A DNA stretch of 63,351 bases from Gemmatimonadota bacterium (GCA_039586495.1 JBDHKG010000006.1:1-63351), one strand, 5' to 3'; positions 1-10,480 are shown, counted from the stretch's first letter. Program-made: numbers and translations. The notes: generated from the letters alone by a model not told the origin.

Positions 1-1
1 C

Positions 2-270
<269 letters not shown>

Positions 271-454
271 ATTCGAAGTGACTATGCTATAAACACTGGG
301 CCCGTTGGGGTCCTGAGCTCACCGGCTTACGCAGGTGGCCACGTTGCCGCCGGCCGACGGCAACGCACGCGGGGACAACCGGCAGCCACCGCACAAGGCG
401 CAGCGGGCCACCTCGCCCCCGCTCCAGTCTCCAACATGCCCAGATGTTGCTGCC

Positions 455-530
455 TGGAGCTGACGGCGGGAGTCGAACCCGCAACCTGCTGATTACAAAT
501 CAGCCGCTCTGCCAATTGAGCTACGTCAGC
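455..530 (-). tRNA. tRNA-Thr(TGT)
   Basis: GCTGACG/CGTCAGC acceptor stem, anticodon loop TTTGTAA, GGTTCGACTCC T-arm, encoded CCA, 76 nt. Confidence 0.97.
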
Positions 531-548
531 GAATAATGTAAGCCAAAA

Positions 549-577
549 AGTATAGACAAGATAGGAGACAGTGTCAA
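549..577 (-). promoter_or_regulatory. Sigma70-type promoter for tRNA-Thr/tRNA-Tyr/tuf
   Basis: TTGACA-N17-TATACT, ending 18 nt upstream of tRNA-Thr. Confidence 0.85.
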
Positions 578-578
578 C

Positions 579-2021
579 CTACCGCGTCAGCTTCCAGCGG
601 CTGCCTGACGGCGTATCCTCCACCTCCACCCCCTCCGCGGCCAGGGCGGCCCGGATCGCGTCCGCCCGAGCGTAATCGCCCGCCGCCCGCGCCCTGGCCC
701 GCTCCGTCAGCCGAGCCTCGATCCAGCTCCGCTTCTCAGTCGACACCTCCGCGACCTCCCCTTCGGCCAACGCCAGTACCCCGAACACCCGGTCCATCGA
801 GGCCACGGCGTCGAGAGCGGCCTGTGCCTCGACAGCCGGGACGCGGTCCCCAGCGCGGTCCAGCTCGCTGTTCGCTTCCCGGACCAGCACGAATAGCGCG
901 CCCCAGGCCTCGGCGACGTTCAGGTCGTCGTCCATCGCCTCCTCGAATGCGGCCAGCGCTTGCTGCGTCAACTCGGCGAGGCGGGTGCGTGGCGCCTCAA
1001 CGTCCTCGCTGCGGCTGACCTCGAGGCGCCGGCAGACCTCGATGAGGCGTTCCACTGACCGGGCCGCATCGTCGAGACTGGCCAGGGTGAAATTCAGCTC
1101 GCTCCGGTAGTGGCCGGAGACGAGCAGTCGCCGGATCGCCGAGGGGCGGTAACCGTGCTCGACAAGGTCGTCGAGGGTCAGGTAGTTGCCCTCCGACTTG
1201 GACATCTTGCGCCCGTCGAGTAGCGCGTGCTTGGCGTGCAACCAGAAGCGGGCGAACGGCTTGCCGGTCGCGCCCTCCGCCTGCGCGATCTCGTTCGTGT
1301 GGTGCGGGAAGATCAGATCGACCCCACCGGAATGAATGTCGAACGGCTGGGGCAGATGGGTAAGTGCGAGCACGGAGCACTCCAGGTGCCAGCCCGGACG
1401 TCCGGGTCCCCATGGCGAGTCCCACACGGCCACATCCCCCTCCTCTGGCCGCTCGCCGCCCTTCCAGAGCACGAAGTCGCGGGCGTCTTCCCTGTCATAG
1501 ACTTGGTCGCCGGCCTCCCGCTCCCCCTCTCGCAGCGCGGACATGTCGATCTGCGCCAGCCTGCCGTAGCTGGGGAACTCCGAGATGTCGAAGTACACCG
1601 AGCCGTCCGCCTCGTAAGCGAGCCCGCGCTCCACCAGCTTCTGGACCAGCTCGATCATCTGTGGCACGTAGTCGGTGGCGCGGGGATAGTATTCGGCGCG
1701 CTCGAGCCCCAACCGATCGTGGTCGTCGAAGAAGGCTTGGATGTAAGGCTGGGTGAGCTCTCTGAGGCCGATGCCCCTCTGCACGGCCGCGTGGATCGTA
1801 CGGTCATCCACGTCGGTCAGGTTGCGGATCTGGACGACTTCGTAACCCTTCCACTTCAGGTAGCGCCGCAGGATGTCCTCACACAGAAAGGTGCGAAAGT
1901 TGCCCACGTGTGCACGGTCGTACACGGTGGGCCCGCACGTGTACGTGCTGACCCGCCCCTCCTCAAGAGGCTGGAACTCTTCCAAGCGACGCGAAAGGGT
2001 GTTGTAGAGTCGGAGGCCCAT
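579..2021 (-). CDS. cysS: Cysteine--tRNA ligase
   Basis: YTCGPTVY, HVGN (HIGH motif), GRPGWHLECS, DLIFPHH, KMSKS. Confidence 0.97.
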   Translation of the reverse strand: MGLRLYNTLSRRLEEFQPLEEGRVSTYTCGPTVYDRAHVGNFRTFLCEDILRRYLKWKGYEVVQIRNLTDVDDRTIHAAVQRGIGLRELTQPYIQAFFDDHDRLGLERAEYYPRATDYVPQMIELVQKLVERGLAYEADGSVYFDISEFPSYGRLAQIDMSALREGEREAGDQVYDREDARDFVLWKGGERPEEGDVAVWDSPWGPGRPGWHLECSVLALTHLPQPFDIHSGGVDLIFPHHTNEIAQAEGATGKPFARFWLHAKHALLDGRKMSKSEGNYLTLDDLVEHGYRPSAIRRLLVSGHYRSELNFTLASLDDAARSVERLIEVCRRLEVSRSEDVEAPRTRLAELTQQALAAFEEAMDDDLNVAEAWGALFVLVREANSELDRAGDRVPAVEAQAALDAVASMDRVFGVLALAEGEVAEVSTEKRSWIEARLTERARARAAGDYARADAIRAALAAEGVEVEDTPSGSRWKLTR

Positions 2022-2084
2022 CGAACTGCGAAACCCTGGTCGTGACCCGCTTCTCGCGAAGCCTATCCGGGCACCCGGAAGCGG

Positions 2085-2804
2085 TCAAGCTTCCGGGTTC
2101 CGGCCGGTGGCGAACGACTGCGCCACCGCCTCGAACGCCGCTGCGGGGTCCTTGGCCGCGGTGATCGAGCGGCCAACCACGATGAAGTCGGCGCCCGCGC
2201 GGGCAGCGTCGGCGGGCGTCGCGTAGCGGCTCTGGTCCGCCGGATCGTCGCCCGGCAGCCGGATACCAGGCGTCACAACCTTAAGCACATCTCCGTAGCT
2301 CCGCTTGATGGGTTTGACCTCGGTGGGCGACGCCACGACTCCGGGCAGCTGGGCGGCCACCGCGAGGCCGGCCAGACGCACGACCTCGTCCACCAGCGAC
2401 ACCGGAGACCGGCCGAAGACCCGCTCTACATCTTCGCTGACCAGCGACGTGAGCAGCGTCACAGCGACCACGTCGGGCCCTTCCGGGCCGGCGGCCTCAC
2501 GCGCTGCCCTCAGCATCGCCTCGCCGCCTGCTGCGTGAACGGTCAGCATCTGCACGCCGCGGCGCGTAGCGGCTCGCACGGCGCCGGCGACGGTGTTCGG
2601 GATGTCGTGGAACTTGAGATCCAGGAAGACACGCTTGTCCCGTTTCCTCAGCTCATCGAGGAGGCTCGGCCCCGCTTCCGAGAACAGCTGGGCACCTACC
2701 TTGAAGAACGAGCCCTCCTCGAGCATGTTTACGAGTTCGAGCGCCTGTTTCCGCGCGGGCACGTCCAGCGCGACGATGATGCGGTCCTTCGGGAAGTCAC
2801 TCAT
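2085..2804 (-). CDS. pyrF: Orotidine-5'-phosphate decarboxylase
   Basis: FLDLKFHDIPNTV, VTPGIR, VVGRSI motifs. Confidence 0.96.
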   Translation of the reverse strand: MSDFPKDRIIVALDVPARKQALELVNMLEEGSFFKVGAQLFSEAGPSLLDELRKRDKRVFLDLKFHDIPNTVAGAVRAATRRGVQMLTVHAAGGEAMLRAAREAAGPEGPDVVAVTLLTSLVSEDVERVFGRSPVSLVDEVVRLAGLAVAAQLPGVVASPTEVKPIKRSYGDVLKVVTPGIRLPGDDPADQSRYATPADAARAGADFIVVGRSITAAKDPAAAFEAVAQSFATGRNPEA

Positions 2805-3718
2805 TAGACCTCCAGGGCCCCGACAAGTTCAGACAGCCTGCCAACTCCCTGACGTTCGCAGAGTTCATGCAACCCCTGGACGGTATCGGGCGCCGAGTAG
2901 GGATCCACGAACATGGCGGTGCCAATCTGCACGAGTGCAGCGCCAGCCAGAATGTACTCCATGGCGTCGCGGGCGGTGCAGATACCGCCGATCCCGATGA
3001 CGGGGAGCTTGACCCGCGACGCGACCTTCCACGTGACATAGACCCCCATGGGCCGAATGGCCGGCCCGCTGATGCCACCGGTAGTGCTGCCGATCACCGG
3101 CCGGCGTGTCTCCACGTCAATCAGCATCCCGGGAAACGTGTTGATACTGCTCAGCCCATCGGCACCGTTCTCCTCGCAGATCTGAGCGAAGACGCCGATG
3201 TCGGCCACGTTCGGCGTAAGCTTGATGACGAGAGGCCGCTGGGTCACCGCACGCAACGCCCGCACGAGCTCCGCCAGGGCAACCTTGTCCGTGCCGAACA
3301 GAGTGCCGCCTTGGACGTTCGGGCAGGAAACGTTGATCTCGTAACCCAGGAAGCCATGTTCGTCATCCAGGCCGCCGACGACCTTCACATAGTCGTCCAC
3401 GCTCCAGCCCGCCACGTTCACCAAGACCTGGGCCCTGTGTAGGTTCTCCCGCAGCCAGGGCAACTTTCCCCGCTTGAAGGCCTCGAGGCCGACGTTCGCC
3501 AGCCCGATCGAGTTGATCATGCCAGCAGGCGTCTCAGAGATACGGCAGGGCGGATTGCCTACCCGTGGCCGCAGCGTCACGGCCTTGGTCACGATTCCGC
3601 CGAGCTGGTCCACGTCGATGATATCGGCGTACTCCTCCCCATAGCCGCAGGTACCGGAGGCGAGCAGCACCGGGTTCTGGAACGTGACGCCGAAGACCGT
3701 CTGTGCGAGGTCTACCAT
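2804..3718 (-). CDS. pyrD: Dihydroorotate dehydrogenase family 1B, catalytic subunit
   Basis: NPVLLASGT, INVSCPN, KLTPN, GGISGPAI motifs; adjacent to pyrK and pyrF. Confidence 0.95.
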   Translation of the reverse strand: MVDLAQTVFGVTFQNPVLLASGTCGYGEEYADIIDVDQLGGIVTKAVTLRPRVGNPPCRISETPAGMINSIGLANVGLEAFKRGKLPWLRENLHRAQVLVNVAGWSVDDYVKVVGGLDDEHGFLGYEINVSCPNVQGGTLFGTDKVALAELVRALRAVTQRPLVIKLTPNVADIGVFAQICEENGADGLSSINTFPGMLIDVETRRPVIGSTTGGISGPAIRPMGVYVTWKVASRVKLPVIGIGGICTARDAMEYILAGAALVQIGTAMFVDPYSAPDTVQGLHELCERQGVGRLSELVGALEV

Positions 3719-4512
3719 CTCAGACGCTCCGCCGGGAAGACGGGCCCGTCAACGCACGCCAGGTCGTAGCCCTGCTCACCCGTATCCGGATCGACCGTCT
3801 CGATCGCGCAGCCGATGCACGTGCCAACACCGCAGGCCATGTGCTCTTCCACCGCGAGCTGGCAGGGCACCCCGGCCTGGAGCGCCTGCTTGCGAACGAG
3901 CTTCAGCATCGGGGTGGGGCCGCAAGCCAGGACCAGATCCACCCCGTCCAGATCGATCCCCTCGGTCACCCGCCCACGGTTCCCGAGGCTCCCGTCCTCC
4001 GTCCAAATCTCCGCCTCTAGCCCGCAGAGCTCCCGGATCTTTGACGGGTCGAAGACCGCCCGCGCGTCCCGCTCCCCATAGAGCAAGCGAATCTCGCCCC
4101 CGCAACCCCTCTGCTGCGCCCAGCGCCGTAGGAACAGGAAGGGCGCCAGCCCTACACCGCCCGCCACGCAGAGTATCCGCCGCGCATCGCCGAGCCGATA
4201 GCGGCTGCCCAGCGGCCCGAGCAAGAGCGCGGAGTCTCCCGGTTGCAGGGATGCCAGTCGCCGCGAGCCCTCGCCGAAGGCACGTATGAGCAGTCCGATA
4301 CGCTCCCCGCACACCGCCGCCACACTGTTCGGCCGGGGCAGAAAGGGGCTCCCCCACCCGCGCCCCCCGAAGCCGACCATCACGAACTGCCCCGGCGCTG
4401 CCTGCGCCGCGATCTCCAGGGCCGCGAACTCCAGCCAATGCGTTCGCTCAGCAGTCCGTTCCGCCGACTGCACCTCGCACCAGGCCCGGACGATGCGTTG
4501 CTCTCTCCTCAC
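3712..4512 (-). CDS. pyrK: Dihydroorotate dehydrogenase electron transfer subunit
   Basis: PGQFVM, GGVGLAP, ACGPTPM and the 2Fe-2S motif MACGVGTCIGC...CVDGPVF. Confidence 0.93.
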   Translation of the reverse strand: MRREQRIVRAWCEVQSAERTAERTHWLEFAALEIAAQAAPGQFVMVGFGGRGWGSPFLPRPNSVAAVCGERIGLLIRAFGEGSRRLASLQPGDSALLLGPLGSRYRLGDARRILCVAGGVGLAPFLFLRRWAQQRGCGGEIRLLYGERDARAVFDPSKIRELCGLEAEIWTEDGSLGNRGRVTEGIDLDGVDLVLACGPTPMLKLVRKQALQAGVPCQLAVEEHMACGVGTCIGCAIETVDPDTGEQGYDLACVDGPVFPAERLRW

Positions 4513-4537
4513 CTCTCACTCCCCTCGCATCTGCCTC

Positions 4538-5959
4538 TCAACGGTCCCGCCGACGCGTCTGCCTTGACCTCACCTCCTCGTCGGCGAGTGTCTTCAGGCG
4601 GATCAACTGGCGGCGCAAGCCCAGCTCGAGCTCCTCGAAGGTGAAGCGGCCGGGTGGGCCACCGAGCAGCGCCTGAACGTAGGACGAATCGCTGTAGTCC
4701 TCCAGTAGCCGTCGACGAAGCTCCTCCGTGCTCGGCTCGTTCTCGGCCTGATCCTCGCGGGCGCCCGAATCTAGAGGAGTGAGAGCAAGCACCGCCAGGA
4801 TGGCCTTGGGCGCCCACAGAGACTCAGGCTGCTCTTCGACGAACTTGAGGAACAGGTGCCGCGCCATCGCCTTCGCCTCGAACTCGTCGCGCGCCGTCTC
4901 GGCCGCCAACAGATATCCGAGGTTGCCAACGCCGAGCCAGTACTCCACGCGGATGAGAATTGCCGCAAGGTCGCGAACATCCGCGCTTGTCCGACCCGCG
5001 GGCAACCGTTGGATGCGGTCGATCTCAGCCTTCAACTGGTAGAAGTCTTCGACTGTAGCCGCGTACCGCAGGTCCAATCGCAACAGAGCCAAACGCGCCT
5101 TCATCGCCCCGGCCGAGCCCGGATCCGTCTCTGTCGCCAGCCGGTAGTCGCCACGTCCCATCTCAACGTCACCGGCGGCAATCCTGAGGTCGCCGCGCAG
5201 CTGCGTTAGCTGGGCCCTATTCGCCCGCGAGAACCGGGAAGACTCTACCGCACTCAGCGCCTCGAGGCCGGTCCCCGGGTCACCCTCACGCAGCCGCTCC
5301 GCAGTCTGCATCACATCCTGCTGCTGGCTGTCGTTCAGGTTGAGCTCCAGGAGCCCGGCAAGCTCGCGGGCGGCCTCGGAGCCACCCCCACCGTCCAACA
5401 GCAGTCGCACCCGAAGTAGCCGCGGTGCTACCCAGGCCGGCCTCAGAGCGGATGCCGCCCGCAAGTCCGCGTCGGCCGCCTCAGGGCGCCCCAGCTGACC
5501 CCGCGCCTGTGCCCGAGCGGACAGTGCCGCGGCTCGCCTTCTCCGATCGTCCTCGCCGCTGAGGGCGAAGGTGAGCAGGGAATCGGCGAGTGCCGGGTGA
5601 TCAAGGTGCAGCTCTGCCGTCCCCCGGTGCCCCGCGACCTCCGCGCTGTCCCTTCGGGAGCGAGCATAGCGAAGCAAGCTCTCGCTCGCCTCGGCTGCTT
5701 CGCCCCATTCCTCACGCAGCAGCCGTGCCTGGACGATGAGACGCAGCGCCTCATCGGCCCAGCGGCTGTTGGGGCTTCGCTCGACGATACGCTCGGCTTT
5801 CTCGATACTCGTGCCGAGAGTCGTGCGGCCGCCGGACTCTCGTCCCTCCTCGATCTCTCGGCGACCCTGGTGGAAGAGCCTACTCGCGTTGTAATAGGCG
5901 TTGAAGTAGACGCACGCCGTCGCCGTGGTCACGGCAGCGATGACGAGGATGGGCAGCAC
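4538..5959 (-). CDS. TPR-repeat lipoprotein (start uncertain, GTG chosen)
   Basis: Hydrophobic signal plus ATAC lipobox, followed by VYFNAYYNA and helical Ala/Leu-rich repeats. Confidence 0.7.
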   Translation of the reverse strand: MLPILVIAAVTTATACVYFNAYYNASRLFHQGRREIEEGRESGGRTTLGTSIEKAERIVERSPNSRWADEALRLIVQARLLREEWGEAAEASESLLRYARSRRDSAEVAGHRGTAELHLDHPALADSLLTFALSGEDDRRRRAAALSARAQARGQLGRPEAADADLRAASALRPAWVAPRLLRVRLLLDGGGGSEAARELAGLLELNLNDSQQQDVMQTAERLREGDPGTGLEALSAVESSRFSRANRAQLTQLRGDLRIAAGDVEMGRGDYRLATETDPGSAGAMKARLALLRLDLRYAATVEDFYQLKAEIDRIQRLPAGRTSADVRDLAAILIRVEYWLGVGNLGYLLAAETARDEFEAKAMARHLFLKFVEEQPESLWAPKAILAVLALTPLDSGAREDQAENEPSTEELRRRLLEDYSDSSYVQALLGGPPGRFTFEELELGLRRQLIRLKTLADEEVRSRQTRRRDR

Positions 5960-5981
5960 TGTTCGGGTGGGACCGTGGGTC

Positions 5982-7139
5982 CTATCCGCCGGTGCTGTAC
6001 GAAGACCAGACACGCCGACCATAGTCTAGGAGATAGTTCACAACCGCATCGGCCAACGCATCTGCTATCTTCGCCTGATGAGAGGGCGACCGCAACAGCC
6101 GCTCCTCGTCCTTGTTGGATAGATAGCCCACTTCGACGAGAGCGGCTGGCACCGCGGCCCCGACGAGGACGACGAACCCGGCCTGCCTAACGCCCAGGCT
6201 GGGACCCCGCAAGGTCGCTTGCACACTTCGGTCGATGAACCCCGCAAAGAGGTTGGACTCTCGCAGATTCGCCGTCGACTGCAAGTCGCTGAGAATGAAC
6301 TGCAGCGGATCCACATCCGAGATCGGTGTGTCGCTCTCGAACCGCAGCGAGGCGTTCTCGCGCAGGGCGACCCGGCGGGCCTCCTCGGTCTTGGCGACAG
6401 CCAGGAAATAGGTTTCGAAGCCGCGGGTGTTGTTGGGCTTTCTGGGCATCGAGTTACAGTGGATCGACAGGAAAAGGTCCGGCGGATTCTCGGCGCCCTC
6501 GAGCTGCGGTATGCGCGGCCGGTCGGCGAGGGTGATGAGCGTATCCCGATCCCGGGTGAGCACGACCTGATAGCCGGGCTCCCGGCGCAGCCGTTCTGCC
6601 AGCCGTCGCGCAACGGCCAGCGTGATATCCTTTTCCTTCGTGCCGCGTACCCCGATGGCACCCGGATCTCTTCCGCCGTGACCGGGATCGATCACCACCA
6701 GCCATGAGTCACGCTCGGGCGGCCGTGGCATCGTCCGCGGACGCTCCACCAGGCGCCCGTCGAGGTAGCGCCAACGACGCGGCCGCCGCTGCGGCAGCCA
6801 CTCGAGGGCCCAGCTCACCGGGACCATCAGGTGGGAACCGCTACGGTACGCGGGATTAGGCAGCTGAAAGACGTCAGCGCCAACCGTGAAGAACGGCGAA
6901 CCGCTGATGAAGCGGACGCGCTCGCCGTCCACGTCCAGCACCTCACCCGTCCAGGCGTAGCCCAGCGCTTGCGCCAAGGCCAGGGCCCGGGCTGCCGGGT
7001 AGCCGCGCTGACCTTCCACGGGCACGGAGAGCGTGGAGCCGCCGCGGACCACAACGAGATCTCCGGTGGGCACGGCAGCCCAGCCCAGCGCCGCAGCGAG
7101 CAACGCCGTCAGGACAACGCTAGCGCTTCCGCCGCGCAC
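5982..7139 (-). CDS. N-acetylmuramoyl-L-alanine amidase (Amidase_3, AmiC-like); start uncertain
   Basis: VIDPGHGGRDPGA, EKDITL, LSIHCN and ALVEVGYLSN motifs; N-terminal signal peptide. Confidence 0.92.
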   Translation of the reverse strand: MRGGSASVVLTALLAAALGWAAVPTGDLVVVRGGSTLSVPVEGQRGYPAARALALAQALGYAWTGEVLDVDGERVRFISGSPFFTVGADVFQLPNPAYRSGSHLMVPVSWALEWLPQRRPRRWRYLDGRLVERPRTMPRPPERDSWLVVIDPGHGGRDPGAIGVRGTKEKDITLAVARRLAERLRREPGYQVVLTRDRDTLITLADRPRIPQLEGAENPPDLFLSIHCNSMPRKPNNTRGFETYFLAVAKTEEARRVALRENASLRFESDTPISDVDPLQFILSDLQSTANLRESNLFAGFIDRSVQATLRGPSLGVRQAGFVVLVGAAVPAALVEVGYLSNKDEERLLRSPSHQAKIADALADAVVNYLLDYGRRVWSSYSTGG

Positions 7140-7578
7140 GCTCCATCTCCCGTTCCGCCTCACGCCTCTTGACGTCCTCCCGCCTGTCCCGATGCCTCTT
7201 GCCTCGCGCCAGAGCCAGCTTCAGCTTCGCCACCCCATCGCGGAAGTAGATCTCCAGGGGAATCAGTGTCAGCCCAGCCTGCTCGACCTTGCCGATGAGG
7301 CGCCGGATCTCCTGCCGCTGCAGCAGCAACTTGCGGCGCCGCTTCGGCTCATGGGCGTCCGGGCCAGCCGGCCCGTACGGCCCGATGTGCATGTTGTACA
7401 GCCAGGCTTCGCCCGCCTCCACACGTGCGAAGGCGTCCGACAGGCTGGCCTTCCCCGTACGCAGCGACTTGACCTCACTACCGGTCAGCACCATGCCGGC
7501 CTCCCACGTCTCCAGGATGTGGTAGTCGTGGTGAGCCTTCCGATTCCTAGCAACTAGCTTGATGCTCTCGCTGGACAT
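7120..7578 (-). CDS. smpB: SsrA-binding protein
   Basis: NRKAHHDY, EAGMVLTGSEVKSLR, RKLLL and LARGK motifs. Confidence 0.96.
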   Translation of the reverse strand: MSSESIKLVARNRKAHHDYHILETWEAGMVLTGSEVKSLRTGKASLSDAFARVEAGEAWLYNMHIGPYGPAGPDAHEPKRRRKLLLQRQEIRRLIGKVEQAGLTLIPLEIYFRDGVAKLKLALARGKRHRDRREDVKRREAEREMERARRKR

Positions 7579-7650
7579 GGAAGTCACGGCTGGAGGCCGC
7601 TGGGGGGTCCCACTATTATCGCGCCTGAGGTTGGGCTGCGCAAGTGACGC

Positions 7651-8625
7651 TCACTCCAGTACTTCGATCTGGAGACGCCGAGCCCGCCGCAGTTCGTGGA
7701 CCTGCGCGACCTCCGCCCCCAGGACGAAGACGATCGAGAGGTAGTACAGCCAGACCACGACGACCACCAGCGTCGCGATACCACCATAGACCGACCGGTA
7801 ATCGGCGATCCGAGTAAGGTAGAAGGCGAACCCCAGCTTCAGGAGTTCCCAGCACACCGCCGTGAACGCAGCCGCGGTCACCGCCATCCGCCACGGCACC
7901 CGGCGTGCCGGCAGATACTTGTAGAGCAGAAGGAAGAGGAGAAAGATGAAAGCTAGCGCAGTGACACGCGCAGAGATGCCTTCCAGCACACCGATCTGAC
8001 CCGGCGACAAGCCGAGGAACTCGAAGCCGCGGGCCGTCGCCAGATTGTAGACGATGGTGATCCCGATGTTGAGGATGACCAGTACGCTGGAGACGAGCAC
8101 CATCTCTGCGTCGAACAACTTCCCTTGGATCGCACCGCGGCTCTGGCGTAGATCGAATATCTCTCTGAGCACGGCTCGAATTGATCCGAAGAGGCGCGTC
8201 GAGAACCAGACGAAGCCCGCAAAGCCGATCAGCCCGATGGCCTGGCCACGCCGGATCGCGAAGTCGATGACCTCCTCCGGCAGATTGCGCTCTGTTGCCT
8301 CGACCCCGGCCTCGTGGAGCACGGGGACGATCACGTCGAGATATCGCCGCAGCTGGTCGATCGGCTCGACGCCCGCGGCCGCGGCCGCAGCTTCCAGCGT
8401 CAAGCTGATCAGCGACACGATGATGAAGAGAAAGGGAACAGCGGCGACGAGAACGCTGAAAGTCAGGCCGCTGGCCAGCACGAAGACGTTGTCGTCACTC
8501 GCCTTTTCGGCGACGCGAACAACGTAGTCTTTCAGCGCGGCCCAGAATCCAACCGCGGCGCGCCGCACCGCCCTCAACCAGGGCTGTCCTGATGAGGGCG
8601 GCGGCACCGAGTCGTGGCTTTCCAA
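7651..8625 (-). CDS. YihY/BrkB family membrane protein
   Basis: About six TM segments, LYKYLP, YGGIAT and WLYY...LGAEV. Confidence 0.88.
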   Translation of the reverse strand: MESHDSVPPPSSGQPWLRAVRRAAVGFWAALKDYVVRVAEKASDDNVFVLASGLTFSVLVAAVPFLFIIVSLISLTLEAAAAAAGVEPIDQLRRYLDVIVPVLHEAGVEATERNLPEEVIDFAIRRGQAIGLIGFAGFVWFSTRLFGSIRAVLREIFDLRQSRGAIQGKLFDAEMVLVSSVLVILNIGITIVYNLATARGFEFLGLSPGQIGVLEGISARVTALAFIFLLFLLLYKYLPARRVPWRMAVTAAAFTAVCWELLKLGFAFYLTRIADYRSVYGGIATLVVVVVWLYYLSIVFVLGAEVAQVHELRRARRLQIEVLE

Positions 8626-8658
8626 CGAGAGAGAAGAGTTTTCAGCCGCCTGCGGGGG

Positions 8659-9075
8659 CTACCCCTCGGCAGCCTCCTCTTCCTTTCCCCGCGAGCGGCG
8701 CCTCGAGACCTGCTCCTCTATCTCGGAGCGAGCCGCCTGAGCGGCTTTGCGGCCGGCGTCAACGGCCTCCTGCGCCCGCTCCCGCCCTTCCGAAACCGTC
8801 TTCTTGGCGGTCTCGTACCTGTCCTCCACCTCCCGGCGGCCCCGGGCTAGGGCGTCCTGCAGCGTGTCTTGAAGCTCCTCCGCCTTGCCCTCCGCACGCT
8901 CACGCAGGCGCCGCGCCCGCTCCTTCAGCTCCTCCTGAGTCTCCGCCCCGGACTTGGGTGCCAGCAGCAGGGCTGCCGCGGCACCGAGCAGGGCACCCCA
9001 AATGAACGGGATCAGGCCCGTGCCACTTCGCTCGATCACCACATAGGGAACGCCATCGTCGTCGTAGTCGCGCAT
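8659..9075 (-). CDS. YtxH domain protein
   Basis: FIWGALLGAAAALLLAPKSG followed by a coiled coil. Confidence 0.88.
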   Translation of the reverse strand: MRDYDDDGVPYVVIERSGTGLIPFIWGALLGAAAALLLAPKSGAETQEELKERARRLRERAEGKAEELQDTLQDALARGRREVEDRYETAKKTVSEGRERAQEAVDAGRKAAQAARSEIEEQVSRRRSRGKEEEAAEG

Positions 9076-9121
9076 CTTGCTGTCCTTTCCAAGATCCCGC
9101 TTACCGTGCGGCCGCGTCCAG

Positions 9122-9469
9122 CTAGCCATCACGCAGGGCGCGGCGCAATTCCTCCATATTGATCGGTCTCGCCAGCACGACCTGCGAGGGGCTCTCACTC
9201 GCCACGGCCGCCGACGAGCCGCCCCTGCTCAGCGCAATGAGCAGGCAGGCTCCGGGCCGAGCCGCCAACTGCGCCACGACGTCTCGCACGGCCGGGTGCG
9301 GCGAGTCCGCATCGTAGACAACCGTGTCGGGTCCGAACTGGCTCAGCCGGCCCTGGACCTCTGCAGCAGCCGCCACCTGCACGTCATGACCTTCGCTGAT
9401 CAGCGCCCGGGCCAGCGCGTCCCGGAGGGATCCTTCGTCGTCTATCAGGAGGATGCGCCGGGGGGCCAT
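9122..9469 (-). CDS. Single-domain response-regulator receiver (atypical)
   Basis: ILLIDDE and an Asp at the end of beta3 (VVYD); the conserved Lys-Pro reads Arg-Pro (LARPI). Confidence 0.75.
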   Translation of the reverse strand: MAPRRILLIDDEGSLRDALARALISEGHDVQVAAAAEVQGRLSQFGPDTVVYDADSPHPAVRDVVAQLAARPGACLLIALSRGGSSAAVASESPSQVVLARPINMEELRRALRDG

Positions 9470-9523
9470 TATAACCTCACGAAGCGTCGGCAGGGGGCCG
9501 AAAACCGCAGTCTTCCACATGCA

Positions 9524-9552
9524 AATTTAGGCGCCCGCTGGAGCGAATTCAA
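9524..9552 (-). promoter_or_regulatory. Candidate sigma70 promoter for the receiver-ytxH-yihY genes
   Basis: TTGAAT-N17-TAAATT. Confidence 0.55.
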
Positions 9553-9698
9553 CGGTCAGCCGTTTTTCCCCGCTTTGTTCCTGGCGAAGACCGGGTCTAC
9601 CTCCCGTTCCACAGCCAGCCAGTATGCCCTGCGGACTCGCGAGGGGATCTCGTGCAGCGGCGACAGAGAGCGCCTGAGAATCGACGGCCTCAGTCCGG

Positions 9699-10478
9699 CT
9701 AGTCGATGTCCACGACAAGACCATCGAATGCCGGGACCACGGTGTCCGGGAGGCTGGCCAGCAGCTCGCTGTAGTCGAGACGGTGAGTCAGGTGGGTCAG
9801 ATAGGTCCACTGCGCCCCCACGCTGCGTGCTGCGGTCAACGCTTCCTCCACGTTGAAGTGCGAAGGGTGGGGATCGCCCCACCACAACGCGTTGATGACG
9901 AGCACCTTGACCCCATCAAGGACCTCACGCGCAGGCTGTGGGATCTCTTTCCCATCGACGATCACACCCAGGCCTCCGGCGCGGAACCCGAACGAGCGAA
10001 CTCTGCCATGCGGGAATGCTAGCGGTCGCAGACGGAACCCAGCGACATCGAGATCGTCACCTGCCTCGAAAGTGCGGAGCTCGATCTCAGGGGCGGCGGT
10101 CGCAGGGTCCGGCTGAATCGACTCGTCGAAGATGTAGGCGAAGCGGGCCCGCAGTTCCTCGGCATGTTCACGCGCGACGAGCACCGGCACGGGACTCTTA
10201 GCTCGCAGGCTGAACACCCGCAGGTCATCGATGCCGTGGATGTGATCCGCGTGCGGATGAGTGATGAAGACGGCATCAACGCGGTCGATGCCTGCCTCAA
10301 GCAGTTGCAGTCGCAGCTCGGGGGGCGTGTCCACGAGGAGCACGCGCCCACCATCCTCCAACGCAAGCCCGTGGCGCGACCGCCGGTTCCGCGGATCATC
10401 CGACTTGCAGACGGCACAGCCGCAGCCGACGACGGGAATGCCGAAGCTGGTGCCGGTGCCAAGGAAGCGAAGACGCAC
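9699..10478 (-). CDS. MBL-fold metallo-hydrolase (PhnP-like phosphodiesterase)
   Basis: FLGTGTSFGIPVVGCGCAVC, THPHADHIHG and LTHLTH. Confidence 0.9.
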   Translation of the reverse strand: MRLRFLGTGTSFGIPVVGCGCAVCKSDDPRNRRSRHGLALEDGGRVLLVDTPPELRLQLLEAGIDRVDAVFITHPHADHIHGIDDLRVFSLRAKSPVPVLVAREHAEELRARFAYIFDESIQPDPATAAPEIELRTFEAGDDLDVAGFRLRPLAFPHGRVRSFGFRAGGLGVIVDGKEIPQPAREVLDGVKVLVINALWWGDPHPSHFNVEEALTAARSVGAQWTYLTHLTHRLDYSELLASLPDTVVPAFDGLVVDID

Positions 10479-10480
10479 GG

